A DNA stretch of 64,000 nucleotides, taken from contig CAVQCJ010000003.1 in the NCBI GenBank assembly GCA_963711005.1, positions 160,119 to 224,118 on the forward strand, given 5' to 3'. A program made the translations under genes and the position numbers. Below are positions 46,501-54,071 of this stretch, in pieces (positions within the stretch are counted from its first letter, which is position 1; every line of letters begins with the position of its first letter). This DNA is from an uncultured Actinomycetota bacterium (GTDB taxonomy: Bacteria > Actinomycetota > Actinomycetes > Prado026). The notes beneath the pieces were generated by a model. The model had not been told where the DNA came from and did no database searches. It saw only the letters and a list, made by a program, of their open reading frames with translations.

Positions 46501-47047
46501 CGACCGTGACGGCTACCTCGCCCGTGACGACGCCGACCCGTACTGCCAGGTCGCGGGCGCCGAGGTCCTCGCCCATCGCCGAGATCGCCTGGACGAGCTC
46601 GAGACCGGCTCGTACCGCACGCTCGGCGTCGTCCTCGTGGCTGATCGGTACGCCCCACACGGCCATGACGGCGTCACCGATGAACTTCTCGACCGTCCCG
46701 CCGTACCGGCCGATGACCGTACGACACTCCGCGAAGTACCGGGACAGCAGCTCTCGGACCTCCTCAGCGTCGCGGGCCTCGGCCAGCGGCGTGAACCCGA
46801 CCAGGTCGGCGAACAGGACGGACGTGACTCGACGCTCGGCTACCGGCCGGTCGGGTGTGCGGCCCACTCCAGGTGCGCTTGGCGGGTCCCGGTCGAGCAC
46901 GGTGCCGCAGTGGCCGCAGAACCGCCCGCCCTCGTCGGCCGCCCCGCAGGACGGGCACGAGCGGACCAGCGCCATCGACGCGCCGCACTCGCGGCAGAAC
47001 CTGGTGCCGTCCGGCATGTCGGCGGCGCACTGGGGACAGGCTGTCAC
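43505..47047 (-). CDS. multidomain signalling protein: double zinc ribbon + class III adenylate/guanylate cyclase + AAA/STAND ATPase + TPR-like repeats
   Basis: ORF 43505..47428 trimmed to GTG 47047. Zinc ribbons CPQCAADMPDGTRFCRECG..CPSCGAADEGGRFCGHCG. Cyclase core VTSVLFADLVGFTPLAE..KFIGDAVMAVWG..TASRVQS. Walker A VVVDGEPGVGKSRLAWEF, Walker B VVLVIDDAQFAD. About 550 aa of Ala/Leu-rich helical repeats run to the C-terminus. Confidence 0.85.
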   Translation of the reverse strand: MTACPQCAADMPDGTRFCRECGASMALVRSCPSCGAADEGGRFCGHCGTVLDRDPPSAPGVGRTPDRPVAERRVTSVLFADLVGFTPLAEARDAEEVRELLSRYFAECRTVIGRYGGTVEKFIGDAVMAVWGVPISHEDDAERAVRAGLELVQAISAMGEDLGARDLAVRVGVVTGEVAVTVGATAEGMVAGDAVNTASRVQSVAEAGSVWVDEGTRSLTAAAISYADAGEHMLKGKAGSVRLWQARAVVAEVGGGQRVDGLEAPLAGRDREVRVIKELFHSTQESARPRLVVVDGEPGVGKSRLAWEFEKYVDGLTATVRWHRGRCLSYGDGVAFWALAEALRPRLGLTEADSGEAVTAGLEAGLATFVPVPEERDWLRPRLAALVGASQGAGFAREDLFSAWTAFLERLSEAGNAVVLVIDDAQFADDGLLDFFDSMLATARAPIFVLVLARPELLMRRPELGGRRASVVRLDPLDDAAMATLVDGLVVGLPAQVRTALVARAEGVPLFAIETVRALIDRDAVVPREGHYVPADGVELDLAAIGAPASLQALVAARLDALSPSERAVVADASVLGSSFTKAGLAAVSSDPAGIDEALSALQRKEIIAVQQDRFSAERGQFRFVQAVVRQVAYGTLSRRDRKQRHLAAADFLATQPDPGDDLAVVIAQHLLDAVDAGGSTDADVGDLVPRACALLERAGNRAKALGSPAEARRRFEAALARSTGIEDRARLHFACGEAAQDAGDYDGGAAHARTAMELYDELERPIDAGAAAGSAALSLQILSDFAGVIALAEPRWQALEGIRDSERALLRLAGPLANSYFELEDLAAAGRYVERRVFLAEAVGDPEQLAKAMINMGGRYQSTGGPRISRALYEGAADVARTHDLPGALAHALINLSTVLMSRDLPAAIDALFEARDMARRAGVSGMADYAAGNCSSALWSAGRLAESRQVVQEAVETATTPTVRWGLAVVDAYLADAQGEPLPPLPDIETALSAWDLAARGSLDALRLQTEGDVQGAAALAEATLSHQLSASGLEDDFMHFWPPLVRAAVAAADVPLAERLLEPVAGAAPGLLSTAVAAHLRHLQGLVGAARGDEPRTVEADLRAGVAALADFGALGWSARAEEDLARWLASQGRAFDAAPHLEHARATYAQIGATGWLRRLDSFISSGLAEHAGRHA

Positions 47048-47575
47048 TCGCTCGCCTTCCAGCTGGGTGGGCCGACCGACCCTGGCGGACCTGCCGGCCG
47101 ACGGGACCGTCACCGAAAGATATCGACCCGGTACCCCGCGGTGGCCCCTTTCCCCGACCCGCCCTGCCGGTGCGCAGCCCGCTCGGTCGTGATACCACGG
47201 CGGAGGCTGGAGTTGTTGAGCCTCGCGGATGGCGTGGGCGGCCGGGTCTTCTCCGACCTCGCGACGTGTGCGGTCTTCGTCGGCAGTGGCGTCAGAACCG
47301 CCATCCGTACGTACGCACTGGCTGGCAACCGGAGCGACGATCACCCTCATGACCGAACCGGCCTGGGTCTGACGAAGACTCGCGGGGCGACGGGGGCTTC
47401 GCCCATCGCTGACAGCGGCGAGCAGCATAGGCCCGGCCTCGCGCGAGGTCGGACCCGCGTGCTTTCGTCCGACGTCGCAGCGGCACCGGCGTCGAGGCGC
47501 TTTGAACCGTCCGCCGTCGCCGCCCGTTTCCAGGGCGACCAGGCATCACAGGCCTAAACGACCCGCGGAGGCGCC

Positions 47576-47782
47576 ATGCCGCGCAAGATCGCCCCAGGCC
47601 TGCACGTGTCGGGCCGTCAGCGCGAGAGACTCATGACCGAGCTGAAGGCCAAGTACGAAAGCGGCTCATCGGTTCGGGCCCTCGCGCGAGAGACCGGCCG
47701 CTCGTACGGATTCGTGCACGGGCTCCTGCAAGAGGGCGGAGCCCATCTGCGCAGCCGCGGCGCCCCGCAACGGGCTGGCTGA
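47576..47782 (+). CDS. small helix-turn-helix DNA-binding protein
   Basis: ORF 47576..47782 with GGAGG upstream. KAKYESGSSVRALARETGRSYGFVHGLLQEGGAHLRSRG is an HTH string seen in many ~70-aa actinobacterial proteins. Confidence 0.6.
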   Translation: MPRKIAPGLHVSGRQRERLMTELKAKYESGSSVRALARETGRSYGFVHGLLQEGGAHLRSRGAPQRAG

Positions 47783-47958
47783 GCGGCACGCCGCCGTCGG
47801 AGTGGACCCAACCGACCCCGCACGCCGACATCATGAGCTGGATCTGGTTGAACATCCCCGCCTGCGTCGTCGCGATCGCCGTCACCGTGGGCATCCCGAT
47901 GCGGGTGATCATGAAACCGCCGGAGAAGCCAGCGAGTCCGCTCTCGCCGCACTGGGCT

Positions 47959-48867
47959 TCAGTCGAGGGCTGACTGGGTGCGGTGTCCGCTGCCCACGCG
48001 CACCGCCGCGGAGATGGACCGCTGCTCGGTGTCGTCCAGCCACCGCGCCACCGTGTAGAGGATCGCCGGCAGGAAGCTGACCTCGCCGCACACCCACAGA
48101 ATAGCGCCGGCGAGCTGCTGGTCGGCTTCCTGGGTCGACGCCGACACCAGCGATGTGTAGTAGGGGTACAGGTCGCGGCTGAACATGACCATGGTCATCG
48201 CGAGCACCACCATGACGGCATTGGTGGACACCAGCGCCAGCAGGCGGCCAGGAGGCTGCAGGACGGGACGGAAGGGGTAGGACCCGAACACCTGCAGCCA
48301 CAGGGCCACACCCAGCCCGACGAACGCTCCGTGCACCAGCCAGATGTGCACGAACTCGTTCCGCTCGGCCACGTCGAACGGACCTGGCAGGTGCCAGAAG
48401 ACCATGGCGATGTTGAAGGCAACGACGGACGTCCACGGCCTGCCCCAGAATTCCACCACGGCCGACGCGGCACCCCAACCGCCACCGACGGCTCGACCCG
48501 AACGGATCCGTTGGAGCAGCCGCCCGTATCTATGGGCCAGCGGGTCCGGGATCCCACGCAGCAGCGGGAGCCAGGGGGCACCCAGCACGATCAGCACCGG
48601 AGCGATGAAGGCGAGCAAGATGTGCTGGACGACGTGAGCCGTCAGGTAGGTGCCGGACCAGTAGTCCACCGGCGAGACGACGGCCAGCACCAGCACCAGC
48701 AGCCCGGCCCACCACAGCACCGCCTGACCCACCCAGGGGCGCAGCGGCCGACCCGCGCGTGCGATCGCCCGCAGCCGCCGCCGCAGCCCGCGGCCGTGCA
48801 CGGCCAGCACGATCGCGACCCCGATCAAGAACGGGTCGTAGGACCAGTGCTCGAAGGTGGCACGCAT
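47959..48867 (-). CDS. ctaG: cytochrome c oxidase assembly protein, Caa3_CtaG family
   Basis: ORF 47959..49026 trimmed to ATG 48867. Seven TM helices. HVVQHILLAFIAPVLIVLGAPW and HIWLVHGAF are as in Bacillus-type CtaG. Confidence 0.75.
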   Translation of the reverse strand: MRATFEHWSYDPFLIGVAIVLAVHGRGLRRRLRAIARAGRPLRPWVGQAVLWWAGLLVLVLAVVSPVDYWSGTYLTAHVVQHILLAFIAPVLIVLGAPWLPLLRGIPDPLAHRYGRLLQRIRSGRAVGGGWGAASAVVEFWGRPWTSVVAFNIAMVFWHLPGPFDVAERNEFVHIWLVHGAFVGLGVALWLQVFGSYPFRPVLQPPGRLLALVSTNAVMVVLAMTMVMFSRDLYPYYTSLVSASTQEADQQLAGAILWVCGEVSFLPAILYTVARWLDDTEQRSISAAVRVGSGHRTQSALD

Positions 48868-48935
48868 CAGCGTCGCCTCCGCACTCGGCTGCGCCGTCCA
48901 AGCCTTGCTCGGCGTCCCTCGGCGGTAGTCTGCCC

Positions 48936-49607
48936 ATGCCGCTGCGCCGTCGTCGGGCAGTCGGCTCGGCACGGCCCTCGACGGAAGGCGACTCGAGGTT
49001 GGCGAGCAACGGGCAGTGGTTCGCACGGCACCGCAAGGCGACGGTCGTCGCGGCAGCCATCGTCGTGCTGGCCCTCGCGGCTATAGTCGACTGGCCCCAC
49101 CGAGCAACGGCCGGGGACCTGCGCAGCGACTTCGCCACCTATGCGACGCAGGTATACGGCGACGTCCAGTCCTGCAGCCTCGAGGTCGAGCAGACGATCA
49201 GCGCGTACAACCAGATCACTGCAGGGGTCTCCACCCAGCGCGAGACCGCGTCGGCGATAGCCGCCCAGACCGCCCTGGACTGCACCCCGATGGGGAACAG
49301 CGCCATCCAGGACCTCGGCACGCTCGAGCCACCGCGGTCGCTGGCTCGATTCCATCTGGACGCCGGGGCGCAGCGTCTGTACGCCTGGTGCTTCTCCGAC
49401 GGCGTCGACGTCGCCCAGGAGATCGAGCACCTGCTCGCCAGGCCTGGCGACGCCGCGCTGCTCGCGCGGCTGCACGCGGAGCTGTCCGACATGCAGATCC
49501 AGGGCACCTCTGCGCAGCAGTCGTTCGACCGTGCCGCGGCGAGCCTGGGCGCTGCACCCGTCTCGTTCGCTCTCGACGCCGTCCGGCCGAGCGTCCTGGT
49601 CGGGTGA
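48936..49607 (+). CDS. hypothetical membrane-anchored protein
   Basis: ATG 48936 inside ORF 48759..49607. TM anchor VVAAAIVVLALAAIV, then ~180 helical residues. Divergent from ctaG. Confidence 0.4.
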   Translation: MPLRRRRAVGSARPSTEGDSRLASNGQWFARHRKATVVAAAIVVLALAAIVDWPHRATAGDLRSDFATYATQVYGDVQSCSLEVEQTISAYNQITAGVSTQRETASAIAAQTALDCTPMGNSAIQDLGTLEPPRSLARFHLDAGAQRLYAWCFSDGVDVAQEIEHLLARPGDAALLARLHAELSDMQIQGTSAQQSFDRAAASLGAAPVSFALDAVRPSVLVG

Positions 49608-49630
49608 GCCGCGCGCTACGGGCGGCTCAC
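49604..49630. terminator. stem-loop between convergent genes
   Basis: GTGAGCCGC (49604-12) / GCGGCTCAC (49622-30), 9-nt loop. Overlaps the TGA of 48936..49607. Confidence 0.45.
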
Positions 49631-49633
49631 CGT

Positions 49634-49747
49634 TCATTTGCCCTTGCGGCTGAAGAAGCCCCACAGCAGGACGGCCAGGAACATCGTGACGAGGAAGGTG
49701 TAGGTGAGGACGTCGCCGGCAGGATTCGCGGCGGCCAATTCAACCAT
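49634..49747 (-). CDS. unlisted 37-aa single-TM peptide downstream of the CoxIII-like gene
   Basis: ATG 49747 to TGA 49634-36: MVELAAANPAGDVLTYTFLVTMFLAVLLWGFFSRKGK. GAAGGA lies about 9 nt upstream. The ATG is 12 nt after the upstream stop. Below the ORF-track length cut-off. Confidence 0.4.
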   Translation of the reverse strand: MVELAAANPAGDVLTYTFLVTMFLAVLLWGFFSRKGK

Positions 49748-49759
49748 GTCCGATATCCT

Positions 49760-50431
49760 TCACGACAGAACCGAGAACAGGACAAACACCACGACGGACA
49801 CCAGAGCGACGAAGGCGACGAACACCTTGGCCCCCAGAGCGGAACCGACGAACATGGTCCGCTCCGGCGAGTCAACACCCGGTCCTTCGGCCGAGACGAC
49901 CCAGCGCACTCGCAAGGACCGTGCGAGGAGCGTCTCCAGCCAGTAGGCGGTGCCCAGGCAGTAGACGGCGAAGACGGGCATGATCGCGACGTAGCACGAG
50001 GCGAACCCCGACGACCCGGGATAGAACCCGGTCCGCGTCATCCCCCAGAGCTGGAGTCCAGCGGCCAGCAAGAACGCGCCTGCAGCGACCCCGGTCGCCA
50101 CCCGCCAGTCGGCGGAGTTCGCCTGGCCCCGCATCATCAGCCGGGTGTACCACCAGAAGAGTGCGGCGCCTCCGATGGTCAGGGCCAGCACCGGGATGCT
50201 GATGAAGTCAGACGGTCGCTGTCCCGGGCTGCGCCACAGTCCCGAGGAGTTCAGTGAGTGCAGGTAGAAGTAGGCGAACGCACCGGATCCGAACATCATG
50301 GCCGACAGCGCGACGAACAGGCGCGAGCCGGACCAGTACGCGCCACGGGCCGAGGCGCGCTCGATCGCCTGGTTGTGCGTCCGGTCGTCCACGGGTCCAT
50401 CGGCCGGCGCGCCGGCCACGACCTCGGTCAT
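49760..50431 (-). CDS. polytopic membrane protein in the subunit III position of the oxidase operon (CoxIII-like, tentative)
   Basis: ORF 49760..50431. Five to six TM helices. The start is 1 nt after the subunit I stop. Confidence 0.5.
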   Translation of the reverse strand: MTEVVAGAPADGPVDDRTHNQAIERASARGAYWSGSRLFVALSAMMFGSGAFAYFYLHSLNSSGLWRSPGQRPSDFISIPVLALTIGGAALFWWYTRLMMRGQANSADWRVATGVAAGAFLLAAGLQLWGMTRTGFYPGSSGFASCYVAIMPVFAVYCLGTAYWLETLLARSLRVRWVVSAEGPGVDSPERTMFVGSALGAKVFVAFVALVSVVVFVLFSVLS

Positions 50432-50432
50432 C

Positions 50433-52379
50433 TCAGCTCACCCCTTCAGGCTGCGGGAGGGCGCCACTGCGGTAGCCGACGGCCATCGGCCCCGATCCTG
50501 TGCCGTACTCGTAGGGGCCGGAGACGACCGTGGGGATCCGGTCGAAGTTGTCCCGGGCGGGCGGGGTCGAGGTCATCCATTCCAGCCCACGCGAACCCCA
50601 CGGGTTCGTCGCCGGCGTGCTCGGTGGCGGGTCGATGACCGTGCTCTTGAGGAAGTTGAAGATGAAGACGAGCATCGACAGGCCGATCAGGTAGGCCGAG
50701 ACCGACACCCACACGTTGAGTGCCTGCAGCGACGCGGCGTACTCGAAGACACGGCGCGGCATCCCCAGCTCCCCGATCGCGAACAACGGCAGGAAGGTGG
50801 AGTTGAAGAAGACGAACAGGGTCCAGAAATGGACCTGTCCGAGCCGCTTGTTGAGCATCCGACCGGTCATCTTCGGCAGCCAGTAGTAGAGGCCGGCGAA
50901 GAAGAAGAACATGTAGCCACCCATGATCGTGTAGTGGAAGTGCGACATGACGAAGAAGCTGCCGTGCGCCACCGAGTCGGTCGGGACGTCCGACAGGAAC
51001 ACGCCGGAGATGCCGCCGATGAGGAAATTGAACAGACCGCCCAGCACGAAGAGCATGGGCACGGTCAGCCTGATCCGGGCGCGCCACAGCGTCCCGATCG
51101 CGCACAGGAAGATGATCCCGGTGGGGATCGAGATCAGCTCGGTCGTGAGCATCACCACCGGCCGCATGTCCGGGTTGATCCCGCTGACGAACAGGTGGTG
51201 CTGCCAGACGAAGAAGCTGAGCAGCCCGACCCCAACCATTCCGGCCACGAACGTCCGGTACCCGAAGGCCGGCTTGCGGGTGAACACGGGCAGCAGCTCC
51301 GCTGCGATGCCGAAGCCTGGAAGCGCGAGGATGTACACCTCGGGGTGCCCAAAGAACCAGAACAGGTTCTCCCACAGGTACGGGCTGCCGCCGTGCTCGA
51401 CGTCGAAGAGGGCGGTCTGCACCGTGCGGTCCATCAACGACAGGTAGCAGGCCAGCACGAGGATGGGTGCCGCGAGGGCCATGAGCAGCGCGGTGACCAG
51501 CATCGACCAGACGAACAGTGGGACCCGGGACCAGGTCATCCCGGGGGCTCGATAGTTGATGACGGTCACGACGATGTTGAACCCGCCGACGATCATCGAC
51601 AGGGCCATCAGCCCGAACGCGACCAGGTAGGCGTCCTGGCCCTGGGTGGCCTCGATCGACAGCGGTGCGTAGCCGGTCCAACCGGTCGGGAACCCGCCGA
51701 CGATCAGCCCGGACAGCAGGATCAGGAACGCCACGGGGGTCAACCAGAACGACAGCGCCTCCAGCCGCGGGAACGCCATCCGGCGCGAGCCGATCATCAG
51801 CGGCACGAAGTAGTTCCCGAACGGCCCGAGGATCGCCGACGTCATCATCATCATCATCATCGTGCCGTGCTCGCCGACGACCTCGAGGTACTTCCCTGGC
51901 GGGAACACATGCCGTGTCGGCGACAAGAGCTCGGTCCTGATGGCCAGCGCGAAGAGGCCGCCGACGAAGAAGTACGCGAGCATCGCGACCAGGTACTGCA
52001 CGCCAACGACCTTGTGGTCGAGGGTGTACCGGAAGTACATTCCCCGACTGCGCCTGGTCTCGTGCAGCGGCTCGGGCTGCTTGCCGATCAGCTTCTGGAC
52101 CGGGTAGGTCAAGCCACCGACGCCGGCCAGCCAGCCGACGGCGCCGAACAGGTAGCCCAGTGTCACGGCGTAGTCGTTCTGCCCCATCCCCTGGATCTGC
52201 TGGTCGTTCTGCCCGATCCAGCGACCCAGGTAGAAGCCGAGCACGTACCCGATGGCGATGCCGATCAGACCGAAGAGCACGCCGGGCTGCTGCCACCACG
52301 GGCGACCGGCCGAGTCCACGGGTGGGTGAGCCGTCCCGCCCTCGTCCAGGCCTGCGGCGGCGGTCGTGTCCGTTGCCAT
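50433..52379 (-). CDS. ctaD: heme-copper oxidase subunit I (divergent A-like) with a ~115-aa N-terminal two-TM extension
   Basis: ORF 50433..52379. WFFGHPEVYILALPGFG, VWQHHLFVSG, VMSHFHYTIMGG and GMPRR. The canonical core starts at YTLDHKVVGVQYL. Confidence 0.9.
   Translation of the reverse strand: MATDTTAAAGLDEGGTAHPPVDSAGRPWWQQPGVLFGLIGIAIGYVLGFYLGRWIGQNDQQIQGMGQNDYAVTLGYLFGAVGWLAGVGGLTYPVQKLIGKQPEPLHETRRSRGMYFRYTLDHKVVGVQYLVAMLAYFFVGGLFALAIRTELLSPTRHVFPPGKYLEVVGEHGTMMMMMMTSAILGPFGNYFVPLMIGSRRMAFPRLEALSFWLTPVAFLILLSGLIVGGFPTGWTGYAPLSIEATQGQDAYLVAFGLMALSMIVGGFNIVVTVINYRAPGMTWSRVPLFVWSMLVTALLMALAAPILVLACYLSLMDRTVQTALFDVEHGGSPYLWENLFWFFGHPEVYILALPGFGIAAELLPVFTRKPAFGYRTFVAGMVGVGLLSFFVWQHHLFVSGINPDMRPVVMLTTELISIPTGIIFLCAIGTLWRARIRLTVPMLFVLGGLFNFLIGGISGVFLSDVPTDSVAHGSFFVMSHFHYTIMGGYMFFFFAGLYYWLPKMTGRMLNKRLGQVHFWTLFVFFNSTFLPLFAIGELGMPRRVFEYAASLQALNVWVSVSAYLIGLSMLVFIFNFLKSTVIDPPPSTPATNPWGSRGLEWMTSTPPARDNFDRIPTVVSGPYEYGTGSGPMAVGYRSGALPQPEGVS
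51843..51860 (-). repeat. (ATG)6 trinucleotide repeat encoding MMMMMM inside subunit I
   Basis: Plus strand CATCATCATCATCATCAT. Confidence 0.95.
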
Positions 52380-52394
52380 GTCCGTCTGGCCTCT

Positions 52395-53360
52395 CTACGA
52401 GCCGGGTGGCGCGGGCGGGAGCCCGGAGTCGGCTGGAGGTGGCGGGTCCTCCGCTGGGTCGTAGTAGCCGCCGTCCGTCTGCGGGATGTAGAAGTCCGCG
52501 TACGGCGGGAGCTGCGGGATCAGGTCCAGATGCAGTGCCAGCTGCTGGCCGAGCCACGCGTCGAACGCCTCGTGCGTGACCACATGACCCGTGGCCGTCA
52601 TGGCCCCGTGGTACAGCCCGCACAGCTCCGCGCACCGGATGTTGATCGGCCCGATGGCTTCGGGGGTGGCGAAGGCGATGTTGTTGGCTCCCGGGTTCGC
52701 GTCGGCTTTGAGCCCGAGATTCACCGCCCAGAACGAATGGATCACATCGAGCGAGGTCACGTCGAACTGGACCGCCTGGCCGACCGGCAGCTCCAGGTCG
52801 GCAGTCTCCACGCCCGCGTACTGCGGGAACCGGTAGGTCCAGCGCCACTGCTGGCCGATCACCTGGACCACCAGCAGCTTGCTGTCCTTGGCCGTGGCCG
52901 AGAACCCGGCCGGTGTCCAGATGGGCGCCGCACCGGAGCCTGTACCGGCGCCTGCGTCCGTGACGAGTTCGAACGTCCCGAAGAAGAAGAGCGCGATGAC
53001 CGTCACCGAGGTGATCGTCAGCCACGACGCCTGGAACCCTCGGTGACCACGGATCGGCGGCCCGTCCTCGATGTCCTCGATCGGGGTGTCCGATGGGATC
53101 CGCCAGTTCTTGACGGCGTAGCCGACGTACACCCAGATGAACAGGAAGACCGGAGTAGCGACCGTCGCCAGCACCGCGTTGTCGAACTGCTGGGACTTGG
53201 CCTGGTTCGAGTCGGTCCCCGGTGGCAGGTGCGGACCCAGGACGAAGTAGACGAGCGGCATGAAGACCGCTGAGAGCACGAGCCAGATCAGACCGATCCG
53301 CATCAGGTGCTGACGGTCCGACGGCTGGGTCCGCTCCGCGGGCCGATCGGCGGCCGCCAT
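52395..53360 (-). CDS. ctaC: cytochrome c oxidase subunit II (CuA cupredoxin domain)
   Basis: ORF 52395..53549 trimmed to ATG 53360, which overlaps the upstream stop (ATGA). DVIHSFW and CAELCGLYHGAM form the CuA ligand motif. N-terminal TM helices. Confidence 0.85.
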   Translation of the reverse strand: MAAADRPAERTQPSDRQHLMRIGLIWLVLSAVFMPLVYFVLGPHLPPGTDSNQAKSQQFDNAVLATVATPVFLFIWVYVGYAVKNWRIPSDTPIEDIEDGPPIRGHRGFQASWLTITSVTVIALFFFGTFELVTDAGAGTGSGAAPIWTPAGFSATAKDSKLLVVQVIGQQWRWTYRFPQYAGVETADLELPVGQAVQFDVTSLDVIHSFWAVNLGLKADANPGANNIAFATPEAIGPINIRCAELCGLYHGAMTATGHVVTHEAFDAWLGQQLALHLDLIPQLPPYADFYIPQTDGGYYDPAEDPPPPADSGLPPAPPGS

Positions 53361-54028
53361 CACGCCACCACCTTCATGAAGCCGTTCATGTAGCCGAGCG
53401 TCGACATCGGCCCGCCGAACCCCAGCGGGAATGCCAGAGCGCACGGCACGAAGCACTGCCAGACGTAGGTTCCCGGGTCCCCAGTACGGATGGTGAAGGT
53501 GATCGTGTTGTGGTCGGCGGACAAAGGGCACGGTGCCGGGTCGGTGCACGGGTTCTTGGCGTCGGCAGACACCCCCGGGAAGACGACCGAGACACCCAGC
53601 GCCGGGATCGTGAAGCTGTGACCGATGCCGTCACCGACGTTCCCGTTGTAGATGCTGACGTCCTTGCCGTTGATGTTCTCCGTCCCGCCGACCGTCCCCG
53701 CCACCTGGTTCATGAAGGGGTTGCGCAGCGGGCTGCCCGTGTCGAACTGGTAGACGGTGAAGTGGACCAGGCTGTGCGCCGGCAGCTGGAGCATCGTCGT
53801 GTGCACCCAGGTGTCGCCCTGCTTGATCAGGTAGGACACCCAGGTGGGCTCCGGCTCACGGTTGTAGGCCGGCACCGTCTGCATGGTCACGTTGACCTGG
53901 CCGGCGCCGCTCGAAGCAGCTGCGACCGTCGGTGGATAGGCCACGAGGTAGGCGGCCACGCCGACGATGATGGCCACCGCCACGACCAGCGCGCCCAAGA
54001 CGATGGCCGTCCGTCCCGATTTCGTCAC
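53360..54028 (-). CDS. membrane-anchored cupredoxin-like protein
   Basis: ORF 53360..54028. N-terminal TM helix AIVLGALVVAVAIIVGVAAYLV. Beta-rich domain with GIGHSFTIP ... YVWQCFVPCALAFPLGFGGPMSTLGYM (H, C-x3-C, M). Confidence 0.55.
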   Translation of the reverse strand: MTKSGRTAIVLGALVVAVAIIVGVAAYLVAYPPTVAAASSGAGQVNVTMQTVPAYNREPEPTWVSYLIKQGDTWVHTTMLQLPAHSLVHFTVYQFDTGSPLRNPFMNQVAGTVGGTENINGKDVSIYNGNVGDGIGHSFTIPALGVSVVFPGVSADAKNPCTDPAPCPLSADHNTITFTIRTGDPGTYVWQCFVPCALAFPLGFGGPMSTLGYMNGFMKVVA

Positions 54029-54071
54029 CGGGCGCCTCCTGCTGCGGAGAGGATCGACATTGCCGGAGAGA

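Noticed and set aside
44792-47557. 921-aa plus-strand ORF (and 45510..47192, 43607..44590 and others) opposite the cyclase-STAND gene
   Set aside because: These are shadow ORFs typical of GC-rich DNA. The products are Arg/Pro/Gly/Ala-rich with no domain-like strings. The minus-strand frame carries clear zinc-ribbon, cyclase and Walker motifs.
47833-47973. 46-aa plus-strand ORF MSWIWLNIPACVVAIAVTVGIPMRVIMKPPEKPASPLSPHWASVEG between the HTH gene and ctaG
   Set aside because: It has a hydrophobic helix and an ATG start. It has no evident RBS, overlaps the 3' end of ctaG, and I have no conservation evidence.
50298-53273. 991-aa plus-strand ORF and 859-aa alternative minus-frame ORF (50446..53025) across the oxidase genes
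   Set aside because: The subunit I and II frames contain unmistakable heme-copper and CuA motifs. The long alternatives are low-complexity Arg/Pro/Asp/His-rich translations of the same DNA.
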